Counted from the first letter of the stretch, positions 31,877 through 42,982 are shown. The stretch: 64,000 nucleotides of DNA from Candidatus Poribacteria bacterium (GCA_963663765.2 CAXXUA010000006.1:32001-96000); one strand, 5' to 3'. The notes: a model not told the origin generated them from the letters alone. Translations and numbers: made by a program.

Positions 31877-32641
31877 CTATATTGACAAGATACCACCTTC
31901 AACAAGCATTGGAGCGCCTGTCATATACTTGGATTCATCAGAAGCCAAATAAACTGCAGCCCATGCGATGTCTTCAGGTTCACCGATACCCAAAGGGTGC
32001 ATATCTTCAATTTGTCTATTTACACCAGTTGGGTCTGCTTGTTGTGAGAGAAAATCTTGATATAGTTCAGTGTTAATTGTTCCAGGACATAGACTGTTGA
32101 CCCGTATGTTGTCCTCTGCATAGCGGACCGCCATGCTGCGAGTGAGATGTACCACAGCTGCCTTTGATGATGTATAGGCAGGGTGCATTGGAAAACCGAC
32201 AAAAGCGGATTCACTTCCCATGTTTATGATTGAACCGCCTTCTGCTTCCCGCATCAACGGTATTATTTCTCGTGATACGAGAAAAATGCTCTTCACATTG
32301 ACAGCGTATTGTCTATCCCAATCTGTATCAGAAATCTGTTCTAATTCACCTACGACAGCGATACCAGCATTGTTCACTAATACATTTGGGATCCCGATTT
32401 CAGAGGTAACCCGTTGTATTGCAGCTTGTATTTGCTTTGTATCTGTAACATCACACGAACAGAAGATCGCAGTACCCTCATTTTCCAGTATTTTCTGCGT
32501 AGTTTTCTGACCGCGTTCATCATTTATGTCCCAAACAGCAACGGATGCTCCTTCAGCAGCAAAATATTCAGCACATTTTGCACCAATTCCTCTCGCTGCA
32601 CCTGTTATAATTGCAATCTTACCATTTAAACGGTTTGCCAT
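31877..32641 (-). CDS. Short-chain dehydrogenase/reductase
   Basis: TGAARGIG, NNAG, YTSSK. Confidence 0.9.
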   Translation of the reverse strand: MANRLNGKIAIITGAARGIGAKCAEYFAAEGASVAVWDINDERGQKTTQKILENEGTAIFCSCDVTDTKQIQAAIQRVTSEIGIPNVLVNNAGIAVVGELEQISDTDWDRQYAVNVKSIFLVSREIIPLMREAEGGSIINMGSESAFVGFPMHPAYTSSKAAVVHLTRSMAVRYAEDNIRVNSLCPGTINTELYQDFLSQQADPTGVNRQIEDMHPLGIGEPEDIAWAAVYLASDESKYMTGAPMLVEGGILSI

Positions 32642-32680
32642 TTTTCAATCTTGATATCTTGAATAAAATCCAATGTAAGT

Positions 32681-33490
32681 TTAGAGTTCACCCAGAAGTT
32701 TTACCCACCGTTGCCATGCTGATTTGACAGCAGCTATCTGAGCATCGTTTGCATTTTCATCCATTCCGCGACGTAAAAATGCGTGTCCAACCCCTTTATA
32801 GATTACAGGTTCATAAGTGACTTTTGCATCCTCAGCTGCCTTTTTTGTGGTTTCAATAGTTGCGTTTATACGATTATCACTTTCACCATAAAAGCCGTAG
32901 ACTGGTGCAGTGATTTTAGCGACATCCTCAGTTCGTGGTGCAGACCCGTAAAACACAAAAGCACCAGCGATTTTGTCAGAGTGTACTGCATAACTAAAAG
33001 TTTTTGCACCACCCCAACAGAAACCTGAAACTGCGACTTTTTCGTTTGTTGAAGGTAATTCTTGTACGTATTTTCGTACAGCATCAAGGTCAGTGTTAAC
33101 ACCTTCTTGTGTGAGATTTCGTATGGCGCGGCGTGCATCATCACCGGAGTCAAAACTCTCGGTACCCCCACCCTCTGGTCCCATTCCCGATAGCAGGTCA
33201 GGACAAATCGCAACATAACCATCAGCAGCAAGTTTATCCGCTACAAGTCTAATCCAGTCGGTCAAACCAAATATTTCGTGTATGACGATGATTGCAGTTG
33301 CAGGTTCTTTCACCTCTGGAAATACAATGAAGGCATTGACTTCGCGTTTATCGGATACTGTTATTTTTACCCACTCTCCATGCCGTGGTGATTTTTCTAA
33401 TTGTTCTATTATGCTGTCAGCATTTGCATAGTTTGCCAAGAACAGTCCTAACGAAAAGATAGATAACAAAAAAATTACATAGTTTTTCAT
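32681..33490 (-). CDS. Secreted dienelactone hydrolase family protein
   Basis: HEIFGL, GFCWGG, GHAFLR; signal peptide. Confidence 0.88.
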   Translation of the reverse strand: MKNYVIFLLSIFSLGLFLANYANADSIIEQLEKSPRHGEWVKITVSDKREVNAFIVFPEVKEPATAIIVIHEIFGLTDWIRLVADKLAADGYVAICPDLLSGMGPEGGGTESFDSGDDARRAIRNLTQEGVNTDLDAVRKYVQELPSTNEKVAVSGFCWGGAKTFSYAVHSDKIAGAFVFYGSAPRTEDVAKITAPVYGFYGESDNRINATIETTKKAAEDAKVTYEPVIYKGVGHAFLRRGMDENANDAQIAAVKSAWQRWVKLLGEL

Positions 33491-33745
33491 AAATTCTCCT
33501 TTATTCTAATGTCTGTATAGGCTATAAATAGGTGTGCGTACTTCAGTACTAAGCATAATGTATTATACCCAATTAGCGTGATTCGTCTTGCTAAGTGTGC
33601 GGTTAGGAAACCGCACCTACCGTTGGAAAAAGATAAATTCCGTTTATTTGGTATTATACTGTATGACGGGTTGTTTTGGTTGTCTCCATGATGGATTCTA
33701 TAGACAAGTATACCAACCAAATGTTAATTAATAGTATTATATGGT

Positions 33746-34786
33746 CTACTTCTGATTTGCTACTTGAATAATGGATTCAACGACCTTCTGCATCTCAGGG
33801 GATGGTAGTGTACCAATTAACAGAAAGCGAATGTCAGAACTTGACCAACCGAATGCCGTGGTAGGTCCACGGTGAAATTTGTGAACGTCTGTATTGGCTA
33901 TTTTTATAACGGGAGCAGGTCTATCTCGGCGCGGTGTATCACCAGTAACTTCAATTATGTTGAACTCCAACATGCCATCTGTGTATTTGAACTGGATTGG
34001 ATGACTATCTCTATACTGATGTTTTTGTATATTCTGTAGTTGGAATCCTTGTGGGATAAATTTCGGTTGGATAGGTTTTTTCTTTAGGACTTTTTTTGCT
34101 TCAGCGAGTGTGATGGTTCTGTCTTTTCTGGGGTTTGAATTTATTTCTTCCTTGATAACATCCCATTTATTATTAACGACTTTTGGTTCAAAACTGATTC
34201 TTGTGTAAACAAACATTCTTCTAAAGATACCATCTGCATCAAAATCCTGTACTTTTAGGATGACTCCGTTTTTTCGTGCAAAATAGATGTGTTTAGAAGG
34301 TCTACCAGGGAATTTGGGTTTTATGATTAAGATATCTGTCTCATATCCTGCGATTTTTTCTCCCCAACGTGTATGTTTTAATTCATAATTCTGTGCAACG
34401 AGTTCAATTTCCTTTGTAGTGAATTGACTTCTTTGTCGTTCCCACCTAAATTCTCTTCCTCTTCTTCTACGATCATCTCTGTTTCTGTCGGTATCTTGGT
34501 TTTGGTTGTCTTGATCATTTTCTTTTTCAGCGGGTTTATGTTGTCCAAGTACTGATTCTACCTTATAGAATGAGTTCTTAGCAGTATTATGTACTACAAT
34601 TTCTTCCATCGTCCGTGAACCGTTGGAGGTAATATATGTTCTCAGACGGAGACCTATATATGCCACATCTTTTTCAGCGTCTGCGACCCGTTCTAACGTA
34701 GTTACATCAGCTGATATAGAGGTAGATGCAAAGAAAACAAGCGATAATGATATACATGTAGAAACATATACTGTTTTTATTTGCAT
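33746..34786 (-). CDS. MucB/RseB-like periplasmic regulator
   Basis: Signal peptide, EKIAGYET, PKFIPQGF, YTDG..F motifs; third gene of the ECF operon. Confidence 0.65.
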   Translation of the reverse strand: MQIKTVYVSTCISLSLVFFASTSISADVTTLERVADAEKDVAYIGLRLRTYITSNGSRTMEEIVVHNTAKNSFYKVESVLGQHKPAEKENDQDNQNQDTDRNRDDRRRRGREFRWERQRSQFTTKEIELVAQNYELKHTRWGEKIAGYETDILIIKPKFPGRPSKHIYFARKNGVILKVQDFDADGIFRRMFVYTRISFEPKVVNNKWDVIKEEINSNPRKDRTITLAEAKKVLKKKPIQPKFIPQGFQLQNIQKHQYRDSHPIQFKYTDGMLEFNIIEVTGDTPRRDRPAPVIKIANTDVHKFHRGPTTAFGWSSSDIRFLLIGTLPSPEMQKVVESIIQVANQK

Positions 34787-34843
34787 GAGTTCACCCCAGA
34801 AGTAGATTCATTTTGAAGGTTATTCACCTAAATATTTGAAGGT

Positions 34844-35356
34844 TTATTCACCTAAATACAAAATAAGAAATTCCTCAGTATTATCACCGTTTTCTTCAAT
34901 ATATGTAGTAGTATCACTTATTGGTATTGCTATATTTGATTTCAGCGGATTATTTGCAACCTCTTCTGTGTGAATTCCATAGTAGAAATCAAGGAGTTCA
35001 TCATATTGAGGAGCGGGTGAATACGTAAGAAAGTAGAACGCAACAATGATACAGATGGTTGAAAAGGCTGTAGTACCAACAGTAAATGGACGAAATACCC
35101 AGCGTTTGAAAACGTGAACAAACTTTTCCCACGAAGTAGTATTTGCATCCCGTATTCTTGCTAATACAACATGCTTTATTGATGGAGTAGGCTGTTGTAA
35201 CGCAGCAATCATCTGTCGGTTTTGTCGAAAAGATGACAACATCTCAGTACATTCTTGGCAAGAATGAAGATGGTTATCAATCTTACTACGTAATTCGGGT
35301 GTTAATTCATCATCTAAATATGCTGAAATATGCTTTTGTATTCGTTGATGTTTCAT
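34844..35356 (-). CDS. Zinc-finger (zf-HC2) membrane anti-sigma factor
   Basis: ISAYLDDEL..HLHSCQEC motif, one TM helix. Confidence 0.85.
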   Translation of the reverse strand: MKHQRIQKHISAYLDDELTPELRSKIDNHLHSCQECTEMLSSFRQNRQMIAALQQPTPSIKHVVLARIRDANTTSWEKFVHVFKRWVFRPFTVGTTAFSTICIIVAFYFLTYSPAPQYDELLDFYYGIHTEEVANNPLKSNIAIPISDTTTYIEENGDNTEEFLILYLGE

Positions 35357-35452
35357 ATTTCTAAACCACTTTATAGTTAACGACTACCAATGTAACGCAC
35401 ATTATAGTCTTTTGGGTTAATATTCTATCTACCTTTAATAAATCAGACAGTT

Positions 35453-36106
35453 CTACCAATCAATTCTCTCAAGCTCAGCTTTTAATGCTTTTCTCGCTTC
35501 ATGTAATCTGGATTTTACGCGTCCAAGTGTACAATTGAGTACTTCAGCGATTTCTTCATAAGAGAGTTCACGTAATTCACGTAGGATCAGGATTGTTCTA
35601 TAACTTTCTTTTAATTTACCTAAAGCAGTATGGAGTATTTCACTTTGTTCAGATCGGAGAACTTCCTGTTCTGGTGTAACGGTATCAAGTGGTACCCAAG
35701 GTTGGGAATCATCAATCTCCATAGGATCAGTTTTTCTACGTTTACGTTGATCAATTACATTCAGACATTTATTCCTGACGATTCGGTAAAGCCATGTAGA
35801 GAAACGTGATCTGAACTGAAATTTGTGTATGTTCTCCCACACTGATACGAAAGTGTCTTGTGCTGCGTCCTGTGCATCTTCATGGTGTCCAAGAATACCA
35901 TAAGCGATGTTGTAGACCCAATGTTGGTACTGCACAATTAAGGTACCCATTGCGTCCGTATCCCGTTCTTGACAGCGTAATATGAGTTCACGTTCCTGCT
36001 GAGTGTCAAAATCTTCCACTTGGATTATATCCGAAAATGTTTCCATATTTGTGGTAAGCGTCTTAACGGACATTAATTCCTCCAGAAGATAAATAGAGTT
36101 CCACAA
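35453..36106 (-). CDS. ECF RNA polymerase sigma factor
   Basis: DAQDAAQDTF, FSTWLYRI, LSYEEIA..GRVKSRL; true start may be 36073 or 36046. Confidence 0.9.
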   Translation of the reverse strand: MWNSIYLLEELMSVKTLTTNMETFSDIIQVEDFDTQQERELILRCQERDTDAMGTLIVQYQHWVYNIAYGILGHHEDAQDAAQDTFVSVWENIHKFQFRSRFSTWLYRIVRNKCLNVIDQRKRRKTDPMEIDDSQPWVPLDTVTPEQEVLRSEQSEILHTALGKLKESYRTILILRELRELSYEEIAEVLNCTLGRVKSRLHEARKALKAELERIDW

Positions 36107-36198
36107 AGATTTGTGACTACAAAGTTATTCTTTTAATCGTTTAGACAAAAGATAAATATAAAGGTTCATTTTTTCTGGAGTATTCCGTTAATTTGAAT

Positions 36199-38709
36199 TT
36201 ACTGTATCTTATTTTTTGCACCTGGTGTCATCTGAACGAGTTGGAAATTACCTGATGCATTAGGAAATCGTCCTATTGCACTATCATTTTCAGACTTTCC
36301 AAAAGTTATTGTATCAAGAATCAGATTTCCACGTGCATCACTATCCACGAGCATAACCGTTTCGCCGTTGCGAGACAATTTGAAGTTTGCATGTAATCCT
36401 TCAGTCGCTTTACCATCTTCATCCAACCAAATGATCAAGTATCCCATTGGGGGTATCGTTGTGTTTTCTGGGAACTTCCATTTCTTAAGATTGTCAGTTT
36501 TATCAGTAAGATACATGCCTGTGAGTATTACGGGTTTATTTGTCGTATTGTGAAGTTCCAACCAATCTTCGTATTCTCCCTGCGGATCAACAATACTTTT
36601 TGTATTTGCTGGCATGAGTTCGTTAATTATAACGTCTGAGTTCTTAGCATGTTGCACTGTAACATTGTAATGCATTGCTCCAAATTCTGCACGTGCAGGA
36701 GAAAAAGTTGTTGTCCCTTGTGTTTTCACTGTACTTGCTTCAACATAATAATAAACGCTTGTTCCCGCTGGAAACGCAGGAATGGTTCCTTTGTATTCAT
36801 ATCCATGCTTTTCCATCTCGATTTCATTAAACACGCCATAGCGATCAGTTGCATAGTACAGTAAAACCGAATCTGGTTCAACTGTTTTCTCTATTTCAGT
36901 TGAAATCTTGACAGGTTTATTGTGCAAAGGTTTGTCAGGTGTTGAAACCGATAGAATCTCTGGTACTGGTTTTGTCAATTCTGGGTGATTGAGTAGGAAC
37001 TCTCGTCTTTGTGTTACAAACTGCTTTAAACTTGATGAACGACCGGTACCTTGACCATCAGCACTTGTTGTGAAGTCTAGGTATCTATATAGTTTCTTGT
37101 CATCTTTTTGTACTTCATCATCTATAAGTGATTGATATTCCTCTACGGTTGGTTGAAGCACATCCCAATCAAGCCATTCATCAACAACTGTTCGAACGTG
37201 TGCAATATATCTTGCTTTCCATTCTGGGACACTGAGTAGTCTACTTATGACTGGTCTCATTTCGTTTTCACTATGTGTCGTGGGAGAGACCAATCCTGAA
37301 GTTAATTCTCCCCAAGACCATCCACCCGGTCCTCTACCACCAGGACCGCCACGTCCAGCCCGACCGAATCTGAAACTCTCATTGTTATCGTGCGAAATAA
37401 GATGAAATCTATCATTGACATCTTGATAGATTGAATAATCGCCGCCTTTGTGTATATACCCATCGTCATCCATAAAGACATTTGAGACTGCAAGCTGCCA
37501 AAGTGCTTGGTCAATGTTAAACTTTTCAGGTAAATTTGATACTAATTCTGCATCAGATGTCTTTGAATCAAGCAATTCTGTGAGTGCTATCAACTTTTCC
37601 CAGGGGTTTCCAACATTAGCAGTTTTTAGTTGATATGTACGTTCGTACTGTGCGATTTCCTGTCCAAGATATGTCAAGGCGCCACCACCTGGACCTATTT
37701 TCCAACGGATACCGTCTCGGGTTCCAAACCATTCAGCCAAAAAGTCTTTGTTGTATTGCTGTAGATTAATATAGATCCCCCAGTTTTCACCGTTGATTAC
37801 TAATTTTACAAAGTTCGTCTTCATTGCAGGCATGTAATCTCTTGCAATACGGTTGTAAAGCACTTCTCTCACAAAGGAAGTATCAACGTGTCCATTCAGC
37901 AAATTGAGTGTTTTATATCCATACAAACGTTGCTTATCATCCCCATAGTCAATCGCTAAATTGAAGGACTTTTTCTCAGATTCAACGGTGAAATAAGAGG
38001 ACGTACCTCGAACTCTGACGCCTATTTCTGAATAAACCTTACCATCCACGACCAGTTCAGCGGGTACTTCAACATCGGTGCGATAAAATGCATTTAGTTG
38101 TGCATACCAATCATCATCTGGGAATCGCAGATAAAGTGTTCGTAGTGTTCCAGAATCATAGAAATCAGGTGAGTTTTCTGGTTTTGCGTCCAGACTTGCT
38201 TTTACGTCATCTTGAATATTACCCGTGGGTGTTCCAGCACTTTGTTCAGGATTATATGCCCTACCTCGAGATGAAAGTGCTGCTTTCCGTTCATCTCCTG
38301 TTAGTTGTCCATCTTTATTCTTATCAAATAGTGTGACTATTTTCTCAGGAGCACGAGGTCCACCACGGCGACCTTGAGGTGGGCGACCACCCCTATCAGC
38401 ACCTTGTGGCGGACCACCTCTATCAAAGCTTGGTGGAGGTCCAGCTACTCCTCTGTTTGCCCCACTATTTGCAATTCTTTCAATTTCATCGCGTGTGAGT
38501 TTTTCATCAGTAAATGCTTCTAAACTTGTAACTTGAAACAAAAGTTGATCTTCATCAGGAGTGAGTATTCCGTTGTCATCAAGGTCAAAACGTTTTTGAT
38601 CATCTGTAAGTTTAGCAGACTCACTGTCTTGTGCATAGGTATAAGTTGTTAAACATAATAGTATTCCAATCAGTAGTATTAATTTCACTTGATTCATGAT
38701 TGTCTCCAT
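36199..38709 (-). CDS. Secreted CotH kinase family protein with EF-hand-like loops and a C-terminal lamin-tail domain
   Basis: GVRVRGTSS, KKSFNL, INGENWGIY, HDNNESF; FDLDDNG and FDKNKDG loops; VIINELM..DWLELHN..NFKLSRNGE. Confidence 0.82.
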   Translation of the reverse strand: METIMNQVKLILLIGILLCLTTYTYAQDSESAKLTDDQKRFDLDDNGILTPDEDQLLFQVTSLEAFTDEKLTRDEIERIANSGANRGVAGPPPSFDRGGPPQGADRGGRPPQGRRGGPRAPEKIVTLFDKNKDGQLTGDERKAALSSRGRAYNPEQSAGTPTGNIQDDVKASLDAKPENSPDFYDSGTLRTLYLRFPDDDWYAQLNAFYRTDVEVPAELVVDGKVYSEIGVRVRGTSSYFTVESEKKSFNLAIDYGDDKQRLYGYKTLNLLNGHVDTSFVREVLYNRIARDYMPAMKTNFVKLVINGENWGIYINLQQYNKDFLAEWFGTRDGIRWKIGPGGGALTYLGQEIAQYERTYQLKTANVGNPWEKLIALTELLDSKTSDAELVSNLPEKFNIDQALWQLAVSNVFMDDDGYIHKGGDYSIYQDVNDRFHLISHDNNESFRFGRAGRGGPGGRGPGGWSWGELTSGLVSPTTHSENEMRPVISRLLSVPEWKARYIAHVRTVVDEWLDWDVLQPTVEEYQSLIDDEVQKDDKKLYRYLDFTTSADGQGTGRSSSLKQFVTQRREFLLNHPELTKPVPEILSVSTPDKPLHNKPVKISTEIEKTVEPDSVLLYYATDRYGVFNEIEMEKHGYEYKGTIPAFPAGTSVYYYVEASTVKTQGTTTFSPARAEFGAMHYNVTVQHAKNSDVIINELMPANTKSIVDPQGEYEDWLELHNTTNKPVILTGMYLTDKTDNLKKWKFPENTTIPPMGYLIIWLDEDGKATEGLHANFKLSRNGETVMLVDSDARGNLILDTITFGKSENDSAIGRFPNASGNFQLVQMTPGAKNKIQ

Positions 38710-38757
38710 ATAAGTTTTTCAATATAAGACAGCAAGTAATGAGTATTGTTCGTGATT

Positions 38758-39408
38758 TTATTCTCTATCTAACTTTACTTCTGTAATATAATCATTCTTT
38801 GACAACTCATTAAAAAATGCAATCCAAGTTTCGGGCTTTGCCAATTTTATCCGAAAGTTCATTTCTATTAATTGTGATCTTTTTATACGTTTATCAGTTA
38901 GTCGTTCATGTATGACATACTTATCAAAGATTGGACGATATACTTGCTCAGATTGTTCATTCGGTGGTAGACAAAACTCAAGATGAAATTCGTTATCTTT
39001 AGCAAAATGTTGATGCCAATAATAGATGCAAAGAATAATGATACCTATTAGAAATGTTGCTAGAATTGCAACGGTAGGACTTCCCGCTCCTACAGCCATT
39101 CCTGCTGCTAATGCATAAAACACAAAACCAATGTCACGCGGGTCTTGAATTGCAGTACGAAAACGAATTATAGATAGTGCACCGACAAGACTAAATGCAC
39201 GTGCAATACTATCACCGATGATGACCATCACCACTGATATCAACATACACAATATTATAAGTGTATCAGTAAAAGATTTCTGAGGACCTTTTGCATGTGT
39301 CCATTGATAGATTAATACAATAAATACGCTCAGTGAAAAAGAAAGGAGGATTCTAAGTGCATTCTCACCAAGCGAGATAGCCGTCGGTAATGTAATAAAG
39401 TCTAACAA
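38758..39408 (-). CDS. DUF4956 family membrane protein
   Basis: IGDSIARAFSLVGALSIIRFRTAIQDPRD motif. Confidence 0.85.
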   Translation of the reverse strand: MLDFITLPTAISLGENALRILLSFSLSVFIVLIYQWTHAKGPQKSFTDTLIILCMLISVVMVIIGDSIARAFSLVGALSIIRFRTAIQDPRDIGFVFYALAAGMAVGAGSPTVAILATFLIGIIILCIYYWHQHFAKDNEFHLEFCLPPNEQSEQVYRPIFDKYVIHERLTDKRIKRSQLIEMNFRIKLAKPETWIAFFNELSKNDYITEVKLDRE

Positions 39409-39591
39409 AATATGTATTCCATTTTTTCTTCTTTTTTATACCAATAGATGTGTTACTTGACACTTTTTTTCGTGTTGTGTAACAGATCTGTGTGCGGATC
39501 ACCACATTTATATTTCTGTTAACAAAGCCAATTATTCAATGAATATTATATCAGATTTAGACAAAAATACGCAAGAATTGTTGTAATAAAT

Positions 39592-40107
39592 CAGGGTTTT
39601 TTAGTTTTAACAGTTTTCTGTTATACCATTTCATGTGATAATGTCTCATTTGCAGCGGAAATCTGGTAGGAGCGACCTCCCGGTCGCGACCGGGAGGTCG
39701 CTCCTACCGAAGAGAGTAACCCCCCTGCTAGTAAACAGTAGAATTCCTTAATGAGACAAGATTTATTTGAATGGATATTATTTAGATTTACTGAAAGTTA
39801 ATACACGGGTTCGGTTTCCTAACCGAATTTTACGCATCAATTTTAATTTATTGAAAACTGAATATCACTCTTTAGTCCCGTAGGGACGATATGTTTATAG
39901 ATAACGAATACCCTCCCCATGTCTTTAGTCCCGTAGGGACGATATGTTTATTCTTCTATGTCGTTCCTACGGAACTCAATTGGAGTGGAAAACATTTTCT
40001 ATAAACATATCGTCCCTACGGGGTTAAAGAACTGGACACGATGGTATCACATAAAATTAACGACATAGCAAAATATTATCAAAAATATTGAAAACTAAAT
40101 AACCCTG
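39592..40107. mobile_element. ISAs1-derived MITE with nested REP/MITE cargo
   Basis: CAGGGTT..TAGTTTT / AAAACTAAATAACCCTG ends; 9-bp TSD GTAATAAAT at 39583-39591 and 40108-40116. Confidence 0.85.
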
Positions 40108-40119
40108 GTAATAAATGTG

Positions 40120-41676
40120 TCAATTATTATTTACGCGGGTAAGGGGACCTATGAAGATTGCAGAAAATAGTAGGATAAGTAGAGCATAAGGTGCTGCTTG
40201 TGCAAACATCGCTTCACTCGTGTAATCCCAGACATTCGCAGCTAAGGTTTCATATTCAGCAGGTCGTAGGAGAACTGTCAGCGGCAATTCTTTCATTGTA
40301 GCAAGAAAAACGAGAACCGACGCGGTCAACACACTTGGGGTTAGAAGTGGTACTATCGACCTAAAAAATGCTTTTACATGTGAACAACCAAGTGAACGCG
40401 CTGCTTCTTCCAAATGAGGTGAGGCTTGATAGAGAGAACTACGAACCGGTCCAATTGCTTCAGCAAGGAAATGTAAAATACACGCTACAATAAGAACAAG
40501 AATTGTATCGTAACTTCCTAAAAAAAAGATAATTGATAATGCAAACGCAAGCGGTGGAATTGCATAGACAATGTATGGAATCCTACCTAAAATATCAGGC
40601 AAACGTGAAGTATAGCGTACACTTACATAGGCAAAAGGAACTGCTAAGACCGCACAGCACACAGCAGATGGAACTGCAACACCAATAGAACCGATTAGTG
40701 ATTCAAACAGATCTTTTAGTGCTAATACTTCAAACCCTCTGAATACCCATAAAAAAACAGTTAATGCCGGTATTCCTACAGTTACAAAAATCAATATACA
40801 AAGATATATATAACTGGATATTTTCCATTTTCGTAGCGGTATTAGTGTTCTATGACGGGTCGCACCTTGTCCTGTTCTATATAGTAATACTTTACCCAAT
40901 AATTTCGTTTCCATATAGAGTAGACAGCCAGTAAAACCAAGCAGTATTAACCCGAGCCATGCAGCATAGTTATAATCAAATGCAGCGTTATATTCAAGGT
41001 ACAGTGCATAACTAAATGTCTCAAAACGCATCAACGAAACAACACCGAAATCTCCCAGTACATGCAAACTAATGAGTAGTCCTGCAGAAAAAAAAGCAGG
41101 ACGTATTTGGGGAAGTATAACATGAACGAAAACACGCCACTGACTGTGTCCGAGACTTCTTGCTGATTCCTCAAGATTCGGGTCAAGTCCCATGAAAGCA
41201 GTCCGTAAATTTAGAAACAGATATGGACATGTGTAAAAGGAGAGTGCGATTAGAGATCCCCAATAACCGCTAAGACGTGGGATGCTTTTACCGAAGAGTA
41301 TTGCAATTATTCCATTGTTTCCACCGAGTGCAAGGAGGGCATAAGCCATAACATAACCAGGAATTGCTAAAGGTAACGCGCAAAGTACACTGAAAGTTCG
41401 TTTACCTTGAAGGTGTGCATGTGTAGTCAACCATGCTGCAGGTGTTGCTAATAGGATATCCAGTATGATCACACCCACCATCAATAAAAGCGTGTTCAAA
41501 AATAGTTTCACATTTCGCATGCGAAACAAATTTTCAACGAGTGCTGTTCCTTCAACATCAAACGCTTTAGCAACAAGATATCCTAAGGGTATCAATCCAC
41601 AGACTACAGCACAGATTGCTGGAATGAAGATGTACCATCTCTGTACAACGTTTAAAAAGTTTCGTTGTGTATTGAT
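40120..41676 (-). CDS. fbpB: Fe3+ ABC transporter permease (FbpB/FutB-like)
   Basis: Two EAA motifs (LEESARSLG, LEEAARSLG), GDFGVV, MKELPLT; frame is open to ~41679, start codon uncertain. Confidence 0.85.
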   Translation of the reverse strand: MNTQRNFLNVVQRWYIFIPAICAVVCGLIPLGYLVAKAFDVEGTALVENLFRMRNVKLFLNTLLLMVGVIILDILLATPAAWLTTHAHLQGKRTFSVLCALPLAIPGYVMAYALLALGGNNGIIAILFGKSIPRLSGYWGSLIALSFYTCPYLFLNLRTAFMGLDPNLEESARSLGHSQWRVFVHVILPQIRPAFFSAGLLISLHVLGDFGVVSLMRFETFSYALYLEYNAAFDYNYAAWLGLILLGFTGCLLYMETKLLGKVLLYRTGQGATRHRTLIPLRKWKISSYIYLCILIFVTVGIPALTVFLWVFRGFEVLALKDLFESLIGSIGVAVPSAVCCAVLAVPFAYVSVRYTSRLPDILGRIPYIVYAIPPLAFALSIIFFLGSYDTILVLIVACILHFLAEAIGPVRSSLYQASPHLEEAARSLGCSHVKAFFRSIVPLLTPSVLTASVLVFLATMKELPLTVLLRPAEYETLAANVWDYTSEAMFAQAAPYALLILLFSAIFIGPLTRVNNN

Positions 41677-41716
41677 GATTCACCTCAATATTGCTGCAAT
41701 TACATTCAATACTTGT

Positions 41717-42727
41717 CTACATAATACCAACGCGACGTAGTAGATTGATGGTACCTTCAAGATCATCCATCTCATTTAGATTGAATTTGGGAACTAATTT
41801 TAACAAATCTTTTAAGGGGACTAACTTCGGATTAGGTATTACACCTTGTATCATAGGATATTCAAAAACTTCACCAACGAAGTATTGCTGTGCTTTTGAA
41901 GAGAGGAGGAAATCAATGAATTTGAGAGCTGTTTCTTTATCTTCACTACTTTTAAGCAACCCAATTCCTGCTATGTTTACGAGATTTCCTGGGTCATTTG
42001 CTTTGAAAAAGGTCTGTTCAACAGGATAATTTGAATTGCCTTTCTTAAAACGGAATAGATAGTAATGGTTTGGCAGCCCGAGGTCAATTTCTCCTGCTGC
42101 GAGTGCCTCAATAATCGCTGTATTCTTAGGATATGCTTTTGCCCCGTTTGCTTTCATATCACGTACCCATTTTTCTGTGCGTTCTTCGCCAACCTGTGCT
42201 CGCAACGCTGTTACAAAAGCTTGGAAGGATGCGTTCAGTGGTGCCCAACCAACCTTTCCTTTCCACTTCGGATCTGTCAATTCAAAAACACTTTCCGGTA
42301 GTTTGTCTTCTTTAACACGTTCAGGGGAATAGGCTAAGACCCGCGCTCTTCCGCTCGTAGCGATCCAATATCCATCGGATTGTCTGAATGTTTTTGGTGC
42401 TTTCTTGAGGATAGATTTTGGTAGTTTTGTGAACAAATTGTTTTTACTGACAGAACCAAGTGCACCTGCATCCTGTGCCCAAAAAAGAGAAGCATGACTT
42501 TTATCACCTTCTGTTTGGAGTTTTGCAGCTAATTGAGTTGTATTGGCATAACTCACCTTTACTTCAATTCCAGTTTCTTTTTCAAACTGTTGTATAATCG
42601 GTTCAACAAGACTCTTACTTCTACCAGAATAGAGTGTGATTGTTTCGGCATACACTGTTCCAATGAGTGTAAGCAGTAGTAGAATAGGTAGTATGCTACT
42701 ATATAAAACGGGTTGCTTTCTAAACAT
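41717..42727 (-). CDS. fbpA: Fe3+ ABC transporter substrate-binding protein (FbpA/FutA-like)
   Basis: LYSGR, SGRARVLAY, NHYYL iron-binding tyrosines, FEYP. Confidence 0.88.
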   Translation of the reverse strand: MFRKQPVLYSSILPILLLLTLIGTVYAETITLYSGRSKSLVEPIIQQFEKETGIEVKVSYANTTQLAAKLQTEGDKSHASLFWAQDAGALGSVSKNNLFTKLPKSILKKAPKTFRQSDGYWIATSGRARVLAYSPERVKEDKLPESVFELTDPKWKGKVGWAPLNASFQAFVTALRAQVGEERTEKWVRDMKANGAKAYPKNTAIIEALAAGEIDLGLPNHYYLFRFKKGNSNYPVEQTFFKANDPGNLVNIAGIGLLKSSEDKETALKFIDFLLSSKAQQYFVGEVFEYPMIQGVIPNPKLVPLKDLLKLVPKFNLNEMDDLEGTINLLRRVGIM

Positions 42728-42867
42728 TTACATCTCCTTTTTGATCAATGATTATTCAATATATTGCGTGAGTTTTTCTTCTTCTAAAATCTTGTTTTCA
42801 TAGGTTGAAGTTTCAATAGATACAAAAACAGACTTACACTGAAGAATACTCTCAACCAATTTGTCAT

Positions 42868-42886
42868 GATATTGAGACTCATTTTC
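42868..42886. promoter_or_regulatory. Fur-box-like operator
   Basis: Minus-strand GAAAATGAGTCTCAATATC matches 14/19 of GATAATGATAATCATTATC, upstream of iron uptake genes. Confidence 0.6.
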
Positions 42887-42982
42887 ATATTATTTTACTA
42901 TGGTTACTTGACAATACAAACTAAATTTGACATATATTTTACACATAATATCAGTTTATGTCAAATATATTTTACATAATGC

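Noticed and set aside
34811-34858. Att site or functional repeat at the anti-sigma 3' end
   Set aside because: A local ~23-bp tandem duplication, like those at ~18846 and ~29467; no integrase or partner site seen
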